A stretch of 64,000 bases of DNA from Saprospira grandis str. Lewin (GTDB lineage Bacteria; Bacteroidota; Bacteroidia; Chitinophagales; Saprospiraceae), in NCBI RefSeq assembly GCF_000250635.1, contig NC_016940.1, positions 1,288,995 through 1,352,994 of the forward strand, written 5' to 3'. Position numbers and translations under genes: made by a program. Of this stretch, positions 55,716 through 64,000 are shown piece by piece (positions within the stretch are counted from its first letter, which is position 1; every line of letters begins with the position of its first letter). Under the pieces are notes generated by a model, which was not told the DNA's origin, did no database searches, and worked only from the letters and a program-made list of their open reading frames with translations.

Positions 55716-58403
55716 TTAGTGCTGGATGACCAGTTTTTGGCTCTTAATGAGCTCTCCAGCCTTATTGCGGAGCAAAACCACATAATGGCCATTGGTCCAA
55801 GACTGAATATTAAGCTCTAGGCTTCCTTCTGTAGGCAATCCTTGACGCTGGAACAAAGGCTTACCTTCCAAATTGAGCACCTCCACTTGTAGGTCGCTCT
55901 CTGAGGCCGCAGCAAAACGCATTTGAAGCATGGTCGCCGCAGGGTTGGGGTTCACCAAAAGGTAATTGCCCGTAGTAAAGGTAAATCCACCACGGTCGGG
56001 CAAGGGAGTAGAACCGCCAGCATCACAATCCTGAATCAATTGGAAATTGCCCAAGCACTCCTGCTGACAGCCATTGGCATCAATTAGTTGGTAGGTGTAC
56101 TGACCAGCCGCCAAGCCCGTAAACTGGCCACTATTGTTATTCACTACAGTTTGCGTAGTCAAATTGGCCAAGCTAATTTGGAAAGGAGCCGTTCCGCCAC
56201 TGAGGCCCAACTGCAAGCTTCCGTCATTATTATCGCAGCCAGGCTCTTGGCTACTTACAATAGACAAGCTGATAGGGTCGGGCTCTACTACGGTTACTTG
56301 TGTTTGTTCGGTACAACCATTTTGGTCCACCACCTCTACGGTATAAGTACCTGCACAAAGCTGATCAATTTGATCTGTTGTGGCGCCATTGCTCCAGCTA
56401 TAGCTATAGCCAGCACTACCCGTAGCCACTACAGTAGCAGTTCCATCGCAATCGCCAGCACAGCTTACCGTTGTTGCGGTAGAAGTAAGGCTAAAGCCAG
56501 GCGTGCCCATCAAGACAAAAGTGGTGTCATAAGAGCAACCATTGGCATCTGTAAGAGAAAGCTGGTACGTTCCTGCGGCCAATCCAGTAAGTGGGGCATT
56601 AACGGCAACCATTTGTCCGTTTGCCATTAGGGTATAAGGGGCCGTTCCACCATCTACATTTAGACTGATGCTTCCGTTATTTTGGCCACAGCTAGGCGCT
56701 CTAAGCCCTGTAAAGTAAAGGTCTAGAGGTTCTGGGCTCATAATTTCTACGGGCTCCACATAAGAACAGCCGTTGGCATCTAGCACCACCACTTGGTAAT
56801 TGCCAGCTGCCAATTGGTCAAACTGTGGACTTGTAGAGAAATTGCCTCCAACAGAATAGATATAAGGAGCGGTTCCACCGCTAGCCATGATATGGATACT
56901 TCCGCCATTTCCGGCAGTCGCACAAAGTTGATTTTCTACATCAACTTGAGCATTTAGGGGTTGAACTTGGCCATCAATTTCAAAAGAGAGGCTAGAGCAA
57001 TTGGGTTCACAACCATTTACATCCTCTACCCAAATGCCATATTGGCCAGCAGTAAGATTGACAAAAACGCCAGAATTATTTTGGAAAAGCTCTCCAGTGG
57101 TCCAGTTAATCACAGAATACTGATAAGGAGCGCTACCGCCTGTTGCGTTAATAATCGCTTGGCCGTCGTTGGTTGTACAGGCCAAATCTTGAGTAGCGTC
57201 TAGGCTCACATTTAGGCCAGCGCAGTTGCCACCACCGCCAGTAGTTCCGCCTACTACATTAATAGAATAGGTATAGGTATTTTGGCCCACCAAAGGACAG
57301 GCATCATCATGAACATTGAGGGTAAAGCTATGAAAACCTACATCAGCTGCTGTAGGCGTCCAGCAAAACAAGCCATTTTGGAAAGGAAAGCCAGAAGTGG
57401 TAAAGACCGCTGCGGGAATTGCTCCATTATAGCTGATAAAGGTATGTTGTCCAGAATCGGGATCATTAGAAAAGACCTCAAAGCAAAGTTGCTGACCAAC
57501 GACAATTGTCGTATCAAAAACTTGGCTACCGTTCATTCCGGTCAATGTGGGGGCCTGATTTTGGCATTGCACTACGGTAAACTGAATATCACGGACAATC
57601 TCTCCGATTTTTTGGCCATTTCTAAACTCTTCTACCAAAACACAGAGTACGCCCACCTGCACCGTAGAAGGCACAAAACTAATCGCTCCAGTCGCAGGGT
57701 CAATGTTTACTCCATTTTGGGTAAGCAAAGGAGAGCTTGCTGAAATACCCTGAGCTGCATCATAAGTTACTGGTACATTAGCGGCATCATAGCAATTGGT
57801 TAGTGAATAGCGCAAAGAATCGCCATCCATATCCACTGCTCCATGATTATAAAAAACCGACTGTCCTACACAAGCAAAAGGCGTAGGATTATTCAAAAAG
57901 GTAGGCGAGTTATTACAATTGCTCAAGGCAGTATTCAACTCTGTTTCAATATACATCATATTGGAGCCAGGCATAGTGAGCGTTGTAATTGCATTATTGC
58001 GGCAACAAAGGCTCCAGCTAGCGGTCCAGTCGGTACAAGTTGTGGGTAGCGTAACTACTGTTTCATAAGTATATTTTTCAATTCCATAAATACCGCCGCC
58101 GCCATTACAGGCCGTGCCCACAATACCTGGACAAGAGGGCGTAATTTCTACTACTCCTGCCTGCATCAAGGTACTACTGATCGTTCCGCAATTGGGCGAG
58201 CTCAGTTCTAAGGTGTAGCTATTGGCGGCATTGATTCCATTACAATCTCTATAAAATTGTAGGCTAAACTTATATTGTCCATTACCTAAACAGACATAAG
58301 TCAAATCTGCCCCCATAGCATGCGTGGCCTTAGCTTCTTGGGAGGAAAAACCCAACAACAGAAGCAGAAAGAACAGGCCCGTTCTTAGCATAGATGTTTG
58401 CAT
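55716..58403 (-). CDS. T9SS-secreted cell-surface adhesin with SprB repeats and C-terminal sorting domain
   Basis: Signal peptide. Multiple GGTAPY / GGSAPYQYS SprB-type repeats are present. The C-terminal ~80 aa (NPNPAATMLQMRF...GHYVVLLRNKAGELIKSQKLVIQH) is a type-A T9SS CTD. Confidence 0.8.
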   Translation of the reverse strand: MQTSMLRTGLFFLLLLLGFSSQEAKATHAMGADLTYVCLGNGQYKFSLQFYRDCNGINAANSYTLELSSPNCGTISSTLMQAGVVEITPSCPGIVGTACNGGGGIYGIEKYTYETVVTLPTTCTDWTASWSLCCRNNAITTLTMPGSNMMYIETELNTALSNCNNSPTFLNNPTPFACVGQSVFYNHGAVDMDGDSLRYSLTNCYDAANVPVTYDAAQGISASSPLLTQNGVNIDPATGAISFVPSTVQVGVLCVLVEEFRNGQKIGEIVRDIQFTVVQCQNQAPTLTGMNGSQVFDTTIVVGQQLCFEVFSNDPDSGQHTFISYNGAIPAAVFTTSGFPFQNGLFCWTPTAADVGFHSFTLNVHDDACPLVGQNTYTYSINVVGGTTGGGGNCAGLNVSLDATQDLACTTNDGQAIINATGGSAPYQYSVINWTTGELFQNNSGVFVNLTAGQYGIWVEDVNGCEPNCSSLSFEIDGQVQPLNAQVDVENQLCATAGNGGSIHIMASGGTAPYIYSVGGNFSTSPQFDQLAAGNYQVVVLDANGCSYVEPVEIMSPEPLDLYFTGLRAPSCGQNNGSISLNVDGGTAPYTLMANGQMVAVNAPLTGLAAGTYQLSLTDANGCSYDTTFVLMGTPGFSLTSTATTVSCAGDCDGTATVVATGSAGYSYSWSNGATTDQIDQLCAGTYTVEVVDQNGCTEQTQVTVVEPDPISLSIVSSQEPGCDNNDGSLQLGLSGGTAPFQISLANLTTQTVVNNNSGQFTGLAAGQYTYQLIDANGCQQECLGNFQLIQDCDAGGSTPLPDRGGFTFTTGNYLLVNPNPAATMLQMRFAAASESDLQVEVLNLEGKPLFQRQGLPTEGSLELNIQSWTNGHYVVLLRNKAGELIKSQKLVIQH

Positions 58404-58601
58404 AATAATTTGGTTTTAATGCGTTTGATGATCTGTTAAGATAACGGTTTGTTAAGATATTTGGCTGCTTTAGTGAAATATAATTCCTTATTTAAGACAG
58501 TAGTTATTCAATAAATTAACATTCGTTAAAGTCAGTGATTTCCTAGGAGATATTTTTAGAAGCCTCTACATTGTGTTGCTGATCACAGTACCCCTCCACT
58601 G

Positions 58602-59042
58602 ATGAAAAACGTAAATAACATACAGCCCAAAAAGTCTGCATTCTCCTGCCTAGGACGAATGCTTTTGCTGTTGTTATTTCTCTTTAATGCTGGACTAGGA
58701 TTTGCTGCCCAGCCTATTCAACAAGAAGACCATCAGTTGAGCTTTCATAAGAAGCCTAGCAGTGACTGGCAGCAACATTTATATGATTTCGATGGCGAGG
58801 AAAAAGACGCCAATGAAGAAGAAGTAAACAGCCAAGAAGCTGAAGAATTAAAACAGCTCCTGCTTTGGTCTAAAGACTTTCTTCCCTCCTTTTCTAGATG
58901 GTCTCCTCCCCTCCCATCTTTCCACTGTTTTTTCATTTCCAAGCCGCATCCTTCTGCTTGCCGCTTTCGGCCCAATACCGAGGCCCAAAAGCAGCAGAAG
59001 CTCTATTTGCGCTTGCACTCCCTTAAATTAGATTTGGCTTAA
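58602..59042 (+). CDS. hypothetical secreted acidic protein
   Basis: Signal-peptide-like MLLLLLFLFNAGLGFAAQP, then Glu/Asp-rich. It is divergent from the adhesin gene. Confidence 0.45.
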   Translation: MKNVNNIQPKKSAFSCLGRMLLLLLFLFNAGLGFAAQPIQQEDHQLSFHKKPSSDWQQHLYDFDGEEKDANEEEVNSQEAEELKQLLLWSKDFLPSFSRWSPPLPSFHCFFISKPHPSACRFRPNTEAQKQQKLYLRLHSLKLDLA

Positions 59043-59182
59043 GTCCATCTGCGCTATTGCACAGATGAGCAATTCTATTGATGTACAGTAAGCTGTACAT
59101 CCAATAACCTATTTCCTTTCTTTATTACTAAAGATTGGGCAGCCCCCTCCTTGTCCAATACTTAGACTTAAGCCTCCTAGTC

Positions 59183-60166
59183 ATGAATTTTCTTTTCGAT
59201 ATGTCTATGGTGACAGGTAATATCCTCTCGCCTCCCGTTCTTTTCTTCTTTTTGGGCCTTATTGCTGTAGCCCTCAAATCTGATCTTGAAATTCCTCAAC
59301 CACTGCCCAAGCTCTTTTCGCTCTATCTTTTGATGGATATTGGTCTACATGGTGGACATGAGCTTTATCATAGTGGTTTTTCTTGGGAGTTGGTCACGGT
59401 CCTTGGCGCCTGCTTTCTGATGGCCTCTATTGTCCCTATTTATAGCTTTTTTATTCTTAGAGCTCGCTTTGGAGCCGCCGATGCAGCCGCTATTGCGGCC
59501 ACCTTTGGTTCTATTAGTGCCGTGACTTTTATTACTGGAATATCCTTCCTTGAAAGCCAGCAAGTAGCCTATAAAGGATATATGGTTGCGGGCATGGCGC
59601 TTATGGAGTCTCCTGCGATTATTATTGGAGTACTTCTCTATAATATCTATGGCCAAAAGGAACAAAACAGTAAAAAGAAAACTAATTGGGGGCATATTCT
59701 CCGAGATGCCTTTTTTAATGGCTCTATTATGCTCTTGGTTGGCGCCCTACTCATCGGTATCCTTTCTGGAGATAAGGGCTGGCACGACTTCCAACCCTTT
59801 GATAGCATCTTTAAAGGGATGCTTTGTTTCTACTTGCTCGACAATGGTATTGTGGCGGCTCGTCGCCTAAAAGCTTTGCGCGGAAACCTAGGTTTTTTGC
59901 TTTCTTTCAGTATCCTGATGCCTTTGTTTAATGCCGCTTTGGGGATTGGTATCGCCTACCTCATTGGCCTAAGCAAAGGAAATGCACTACTTTTCTGTCT
60001 CCTCACCGCTAGTGCTTCTTATATCGCCGTTCCTGCGGCTATGCGCTTGGCGATCCCCAAATCTAATCCTGCCTTTACGGTTCCTGTGGCCTTAGGTATT
60101 GTTTTCCCTTTCAACGTAATTATAGGCATTCCGCTCTACTATTATATCATCCAACAAATTCTCTAA
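59183..60166 (+). CDS. sbtA: SbtA-family (DUF897) sodium-dependent bicarbonate transporter-like permease
   Basis: MNFLFD...PPVLFFFLGLIAVALKSDLEIP...LLMDIGLHGGHEL has about 10 TM segments and a two-repeat architecture. It is immediately followed by a PII-like gene, as in sbtAB operons. Start chosen at the internal ATG. Confidence 0.7.
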   Translation: MNFLFDMSMVTGNILSPPVLFFFLGLIAVALKSDLEIPQPLPKLFSLYLLMDIGLHGGHELYHSGFSWELVTVLGACFLMASIVPIYSFFILRARFGAADAAAIAATFGSISAVTFITGISFLESQQVAYKGYMVAGMALMESPAIIIGVLLYNIYGQKEQNSKKKTNWGHILRDAFFNGSIMLLVGALLIGILSGDKGWHDFQPFDSIFKGMLCFYLLDNGIVAARRLKALRGNLGFLLSFSILMPLFNAALGIGIAYLIGLSKGNALLFCLLTASASYIAVPAAMRLAIPKSNPAFTVPVALGIVFPFNVIIGIPLYYYIIQQIL

Positions 60167-60168
60167 TT

Positions 60169-60468
60169 ATGAATATCGTCAAATCTGTCAAAATAGAGGT
60201 CATTCTCGAAAGTATCCAGCTGGAGCGCTTTATCGAAATGCTAGAAGAGGCCGGTGCCCATGGCTATACCGTCTTCGGAAATATTTCGGGAAAGGGCCAA
60301 AATGGCATGCTCGACCATAATTGCCGAGCCAAAATTTTCTCTAATAGCTACCTTTTTACGGTCTGTTCTGAAGAAGTGGCCCAAAATATTTTGCCCCAAA
60401 TTGCCCTCTTTTTAGAGGATTGTTCTGGGACCTGTTTAACCTCTGAGGTGAATCACCTGAAGGTGTAA
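60169..60468 (+). CDS. sbtB: PII-like signalling protein SbtB
   Basis: A ~100-aa protein (KIEVILESIQLERFIEMLEEAGAHGYTVFGNISGKGQNG...) with the PII/DUF190 ferredoxin-like pattern and a T-loop-like GKGQNG. The C-terminal CSGTC is a redox-lid-like motif. It starts 2 bp after sbtA. Confidence 0.7.
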   Translation: MNIVKSVKIEVILESIQLERFIEMLEEAGAHGYTVFGNISGKGQNGMLDHNCRAKIFSNSYLFTVCSEEVAQNILPQIALFLEDCSGTCLTSEVNHLKV

Positions 60469-60502
60469 AAGGGCGTTTTTATCCCTTTTCTTTTTTGTAG
60501 CT

Positions 60503-60540
60503 TGGGAGCAGCAGTTTACTGTTGCTCCCTTTTTTTATTC
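60503..60540 (+). terminator. rho-independent terminator after sbtB
   Basis: Hairpin gggagcagcag-tttac-tgttgctccc followed by T7. Confidence 0.55.
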
Positions 60541-60542
60541 TC

Positions 60543-61157
60543 TTTTTTTTGGGGCCTCCGCAGCTTTGCTGCGGCGCTATGTTTCGGGGCTCGCAGGGCT
60601 GCTCGGCCCTGCAGCCGCCTTTGGCGGCTTGGGTCTGGCCTGCGGCCACCCCTGCACAGCGCTAGGCCCTTGCAGCGGCTTCGCCGCTGCAAAATGGCAT
60701 TTTGTTTAGACAGCCCTACGGGCTGATTTGACCCGGCCGGCGGTAGGCGGCTGGCCACTTTCTTCTCTGCTTAAATTTAAATTTGGCCCTCAGTATATTA
60801 CATTTCAGGCAAAAGGCCCTCCAAAGCCGCCTCCGCCTGGGGGCAGCTAGGGTTGGCCTTGGGGGCCAACCCTAGCTGCATGGCCTTCGGCCCTTCGGGC
60901 CTCAGCTTATACATCCTGCAGGCGGCAAAGCCGCCGCAAAGGCGCGCAGCGCCTCGGCTGAGGGGCTGTAGCAGGGCCGCCAAAGGCGGCAGACCAAAGC
61001 GGCGCAGCCGCTGCAGGGCCGAGCAGACCTGCGAGCTGCGCAATGGCCCGACCCGACCAATAATTCATGAGGGTTTTAACCCTCATTTTGTATAAGCTCG
61101 CAAAGCGATGCCGCTTTGCGCTGGGTTTCAACCCGGTGGAAGGGGCAGCCCCAAAAC
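60543..61157 (-). repeat. right arm of inverted repeat pair (copies 20 and 21; carries an extra ~85-bp palindromic insertion at 61055..61140)
   Basis: Reverse complement of 55119..55655; see the left-arm entry. The extra segment is gaccaataattcatgagggttttaaccctcat...gggtttcaacccggtgg. Confidence 0.9.
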
Positions 61158-61221
61158 AAAAAAAAACACCTGGCCCCTAAAAAGAGACCAGATGTTATAT
61201 ATCATCTGAAAAAGAGAAAAA

Positions 61222-63249
61222 CTACTCCTTTTCTTCTGCATCCTCCTCGCCCAATTCGGGCTTAGGATCTTGCAAAGTATCTACGCCATGGTTTTCGCTT
61301 ACCGCCTCGCCATCCTCGCCGGGCAGCTCATCAAAAGGGCGTTTACCAATCAATTGCTCTACAGCATCCTTATTGAGGACCTCCTTATTGAGCAGTTCAT
61401 TGGCCAACAACTCTAGCTCCTGGCGTTTTTCTCTCAACAAATTTTTGGCCCGTTCATATTGGGTGTCAATTAGCTTGCGAGTTTCTTGATCGATAAGATC
61501 TGCCGTAGCCTCAGAATAAGGCTTACTAAAGCCGCCGCCTTCATTCATCATGCCATAATAAGAGACATTACCCACACGCTCATTCATTCCATAAACCGTA
61601 ATCATAGAGTAAGCCATACGGGTCACATGATCGAGATCTGATTGAGCCCCAGTAGAAATTTTGCCAAAGACAATTTCCTCTGCTGCACGGCCCCCCATCG
61701 TCATACACATACGGTCCAGCAACTGCTCTACGGTAGTAATGTGTTGTTCTTTGGGCAAATATTGGGCATAACCAAGAGCCGCAATACCGCGGGGAACAAT
61801 AGTCACCTTGACCAAAGGCATGGCATTTTCTAAAAACCAGCCGCAAAGCGTATGTCCTGCTTCATGATAAGCAATCACTCGTTTTTCTTCTGGAGAAATC
61901 AGTTTGTTCTTTTTCTCCAAACCGCCAATCACTCGATCAATAGCGTCATTAAAATCATTCATTTCTACAAATTGCTTACCTCGGCGGGCCGCAATTAGGG
62001 CTGCTTCATTACAGACATTGGCAATTTCGGCACCAGCAAAACCAGGAGTTTGGGTGGCCAAATTCTTGGCATCCACATCTCCAGATATTTTGATATTTTT
62101 GAGGTGAACGGCAAAAATTTGCTCTCGTCCCACCAAATCAGGCTTATCGATAGAAATTTGGCGATCGAAACGGCCGGGGCGCAAAAGCGCTTGGTCCAAA
62201 ATATCAGGACGGTTAGTGGCCGCCATCATAATCACGCCTTTTTCGGTGCTAAAGCCATCCATTTCTACCAACAACTGGTTGAGCGTATTCTCTCTTTCGT
62301 CATTGCCGCCCTGCATAGCGCCACGTCCACGAGCGCGACCGATAGCATCAATCTCATCAATAAAGATAATACAGGGAGCTTTTTCACGAGCTTGGCGGAA
62401 GAGGTCACGGACCCTAGAGGCCCCTACTCCAACAAACATCTCGACAAAATCGGAGCCAGAGATACTAAAGAAAGGCACGCCAGCCTCGCCAGCAACGGCT
62501 TTGGCCAAAAGCGTCTTACCGGTACCCGGAGGGCCTACCAAAAGCACCCCTTTAGGAATTTTACCGCCCAAGGAAGTATACTTTTTAGGCTTTTTCAGGA
62601 AGTCTACCACCTCCATCACTTCTTCCTTGGCCTCATCTAGGCCAGCAACATCTTTAAAGCTAGCATTTACCTTACCGTCCTTATCGAACAAAGTGGCTTT
62701 AGAGCGGCCAATATTGAAAATTTGAGAGCCGGGGCCGCCGCCACCACCACCTACACGGCGCATAATAAAGATCCAGATAATAATCAGGATGGCAAAAGGC
62801 AAAATCCAGCTCAGCAAGCCGCCGATATAATCGTAGCGGGTTTCATTTTTCTGGTTGATGCTAAAATCGGGATCATCCTGAGCAATCTTCTGCTCTAGAT
62901 CATCTAATTTTTTGAGGAAATACTCCATATCGCCCACCGTATAGCTATAATTGGGGGCATCATTATTAAAAGAAGAGCGAGGCAACTTGCTATACTCCTC
63001 CTTTTTCAAGGCATCTTCCGTTAGATAAACCTCTGCTTGACTTTTATTGACGATGATAATTTTATCAACATCTTTTTGAGCGATAATCGTCTCTAACTCA
63101 TTCCAACTTAGGTCCTTGGTTTTGGGGCTCACCCAAATCAAGTTCACACTAATGAGCAAGAGAGCAAGAAGGCCATAAATCCAATAATAATTGAACTTGG
63201 GGCCGTTGTTCTTATCTCCCTTTGGTTGGTTATTGGGATTGTTTTGCAT
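61222..63249 (-). CDS. ftsH: ATP-dependent zinc metalloprotease FtsH
   Basis: Two N-terminal TM helices. AAA motifs are [23 protein letters not shown] and the Walker [12 protein letters not shown], plus the SRH. The zinc-binding HEAGH is present. Confidence 0.95.
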   Translation of the reverse strand: MQNNPNNQPKGDKNNGPKFNYYWIYGLLALLLISVNLIWVSPKTKDLSWNELETIIAQKDVDKIIIVNKSQAEVYLTEDALKKEEYSKLPRSSFNNDAPNYSYTVGDMEYFLKKLDDLEQKIAQDDPDFSINQKNETRYDYIGGLLSWILPFAILIIIWIFIMRRVGGGGGGPGSQIFNIGRSKATLFDKDGKVNASFKDVAGLDEAKEEVMEVVDFLKKPKKYTSLGGKIPKGVLLVGPPGTGKTLLAKAVAGEAGVPFFSISGSDFVEMFVGVGASRVRDLFRQAREKAPCIIFIDEIDAIGRARGRGAMQGGNDERENTLNQLLVEMDGFSTEKGVIMMAATNRPDILDQALLRPGRFDRQISIDKPDLVGREQIFAVHLKNIKISGDVDAKNLATQTPGFAGAEIANVCNEAALIAARRGKQFVEMNDFNDAIDRVIGGLEKKNKLISPEEKRVIAYHEAGHTLCGWFLENAMPLVKVTIVPRGIAALGYAQYLPKEQHITTVEQLLDRMCMTMGGRAAEEIVFGKISTGAQSDLDHVTRMAYSMITVYGMNERVGNVSYYGMMNEGGGFSKPYSEATADLIDQETRKLIDTQYERAKNLLREKRQELELLANELLNKEVLNKDAVEQLIGKRPFDELPGEDGEAVSENHGVDTLQDPKPELGEEDAEEKE

Positions 63250-63369
63250 AATAAAATATCAGAAAATGTATAATAATGGACCAATTGAAAAGATAGGCCC
63301 AAACTATGAGAAAGACAAGATTGCCTTTGTGTTGGTTTTTACTAAAGCCTAATCTAGATTGAATCTAGA

Positions 63370-63762
63370 CTAAAGCGTTGGATACTCCTTACGGTCGGCA
63401 TCACTCCAGAGGCCTTCTAAGTTGTAGAATTTTCTTTTTTCCTCATTAAAAACGTGAATCACCAGCGTAAAATAATCGAGTAGGCGCCAGTGGCCACCTT
63501 GCTTGCCTTCTGTATGATTGGGGCGTTCGCCCAGTTGTTCCCAGAGGGCTTTCTCTATATTTTTGGCAATACCGTTGATATGGGTAGAGGAAGTACCATG
63601 ACAAATCAGGAAAATATTTGTGCTGGCCTCATCTACTCCAGAGAGATCTAAAGAGACAATATTTACCGCCTTGCGGTCTTGCATAGCTTCTACAGCGACG
63701 GCCAATAGGTCCTGCAATTGAGGCATTTTTTCTTCTTTTTGCGAAAGCTCTTGTTTATTCAA
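63370..63762 (-). CDS. rsfS: ribosome silencing factor RsfS (Iojap)
   Basis: LDLSGV...FLICHGTSSTHINGIAKNI...RLLDYFTLVIHVFNEE matches RsfS. Confidence 0.85.
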   Translation of the reverse strand: MNKQELSQKEEKMPQLQDLLAVAVEAMQDRKAVNIVSLDLSGVDEASTNIFLICHGTSSTHINGIAKNIEKALWEQLGERPNHTEGKQGGHWRLLDYFTLVIHVFNEEKRKFYNLEGLWSDADRKEYPTL

Positions 63763-63854
63763 ATCGACTTATATTAAATTGTGGCCCCATTAAAAGACCA
63801 AAGAGAATGAAAGGCCCTAAAGTTAGGGCTAAAAATCAAAAAAGCAGCTATGTT

Positions 63855-64000
63855 ATGCCCAAGCAATCAGATAACAGTCTTTTTGTCGGAAAGGTTGCCA
63901 TCCGTCATAAACGCCTAGATTCGACCAACCGCTATGCACTTGACTTCTTGTCAAAAAGTTTACCAACGGAAGGAACTGCCATTATTGCAGATGAACAATG
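63855..64000 (+). CDS. birA: biotin--[acetyl-CoA-carboxylase] ligase, N-terminal part (continues beyond window)
   Basis: MPKQSDNSLFVGKVAIRHKRLDSTNRYALDFLSKSLPTEGTAIIADEQ carries the BPL signature LDSTN...EGTxxxAxxQ. It is absent from the ORF track because there is no stop in the window. Confidence 0.7.
   Translation, partial: MPKQSDNSLFVGKVAIRHKRLDSTNRYALDFLSKSLPTEGTAIIADEQ

Noticed and set aside
1-64000. CRISPR arrays
   Set aside because: No short, regularly spaced direct repeats with unique spacers are present. The abundant repeats are 120-170 bp, irregularly spaced and found in both orientations.

Overview
This 64-kb window looks like a Bacteroidota chromosome, probably a Saprospiraceae-like gliding bacterium. 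Unique sequence is about 45% GC and carries T9SS C-terminal-domain substrates, an SprB-repeat adhesin, DUF1573 and DUF3467 proteins, and HU with a Lys-rich tail; no Shine-Dalgarno signal is evident. I made all calls by reading the sequence and the six-frame ORF track, with no database searches. The track reports TTG/GTG starts as 'M' (for example 48249..48506). Housekeeping genes are dnaX (5' part), hup, two tandem tRNA-Gln(UUG), tsaE, pdhA, ftsH, rsfS and birA (5' part).

Accessory content:
- A 13-14 kb minus-strand operon (34008..48028) encodes a phage-tail-like contractile injection system. It has a Pvc16_N/DUF4255 terminator, sheath, three tube-family proteins, a VgrG-like spike, PAAR, gp25 and a 1256-aa gp6-like baseplate protein. 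A tail-fibre-like gene follows. I see no capsid, terminase, integrase, TssK, ClpV, TssJLM, tape-measure or AAA+ ATPase gene in the window. This is consistent with an eCIS/tailocin or rhapidosome-like particle with an atypical gene order.
- A three-gene minus-strand module (25801..32182) encodes a STAND P-loop NTPase fused through one TM helix to coiled-coil and WD40 domains, an outer-membrane beta-barrel/TPR protein and a beta-propeller lipoprotein.
- An operon (19749..23713) encodes three tandem FIST-like paralogs plus an RsbR-like sensor-STAS protein.
- Four small lipoproteins with T9SS-type C-terminal domains sit in tandem (8038..10790).
- An IS3-family element (48551..50034) has split a GH18-like gene whose catalytic motif is degenerate (DGVEINFE); an intact paralog lies next to it.
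- An sbtA-sbtB (PII-like) pair lies at 59183..60468.

The most unusual sequence-level feature is a GC-rich (~70%) interspersed repeat of about 120-170 bp beginning TTTTGGGGCTGCCCC. It has 21 copies in the window in both orientations, often abutting stop codons and also sitting inside the CIS operon.

These copies build two larger structures. A ~320-bp composite direct repeat (A unit plus an AT-rich B element) flanks hsp20 and the S41 protease. A ~540-bp inverted pair (55119..55655 and 60543..61157) flanks a 4.9-kb module carrying the SprB-repeat adhesin and sbtAB. Most ORFs the track predicts inside these repeats (Ala/Gly/Arg/Pro-rich) are artefacts.
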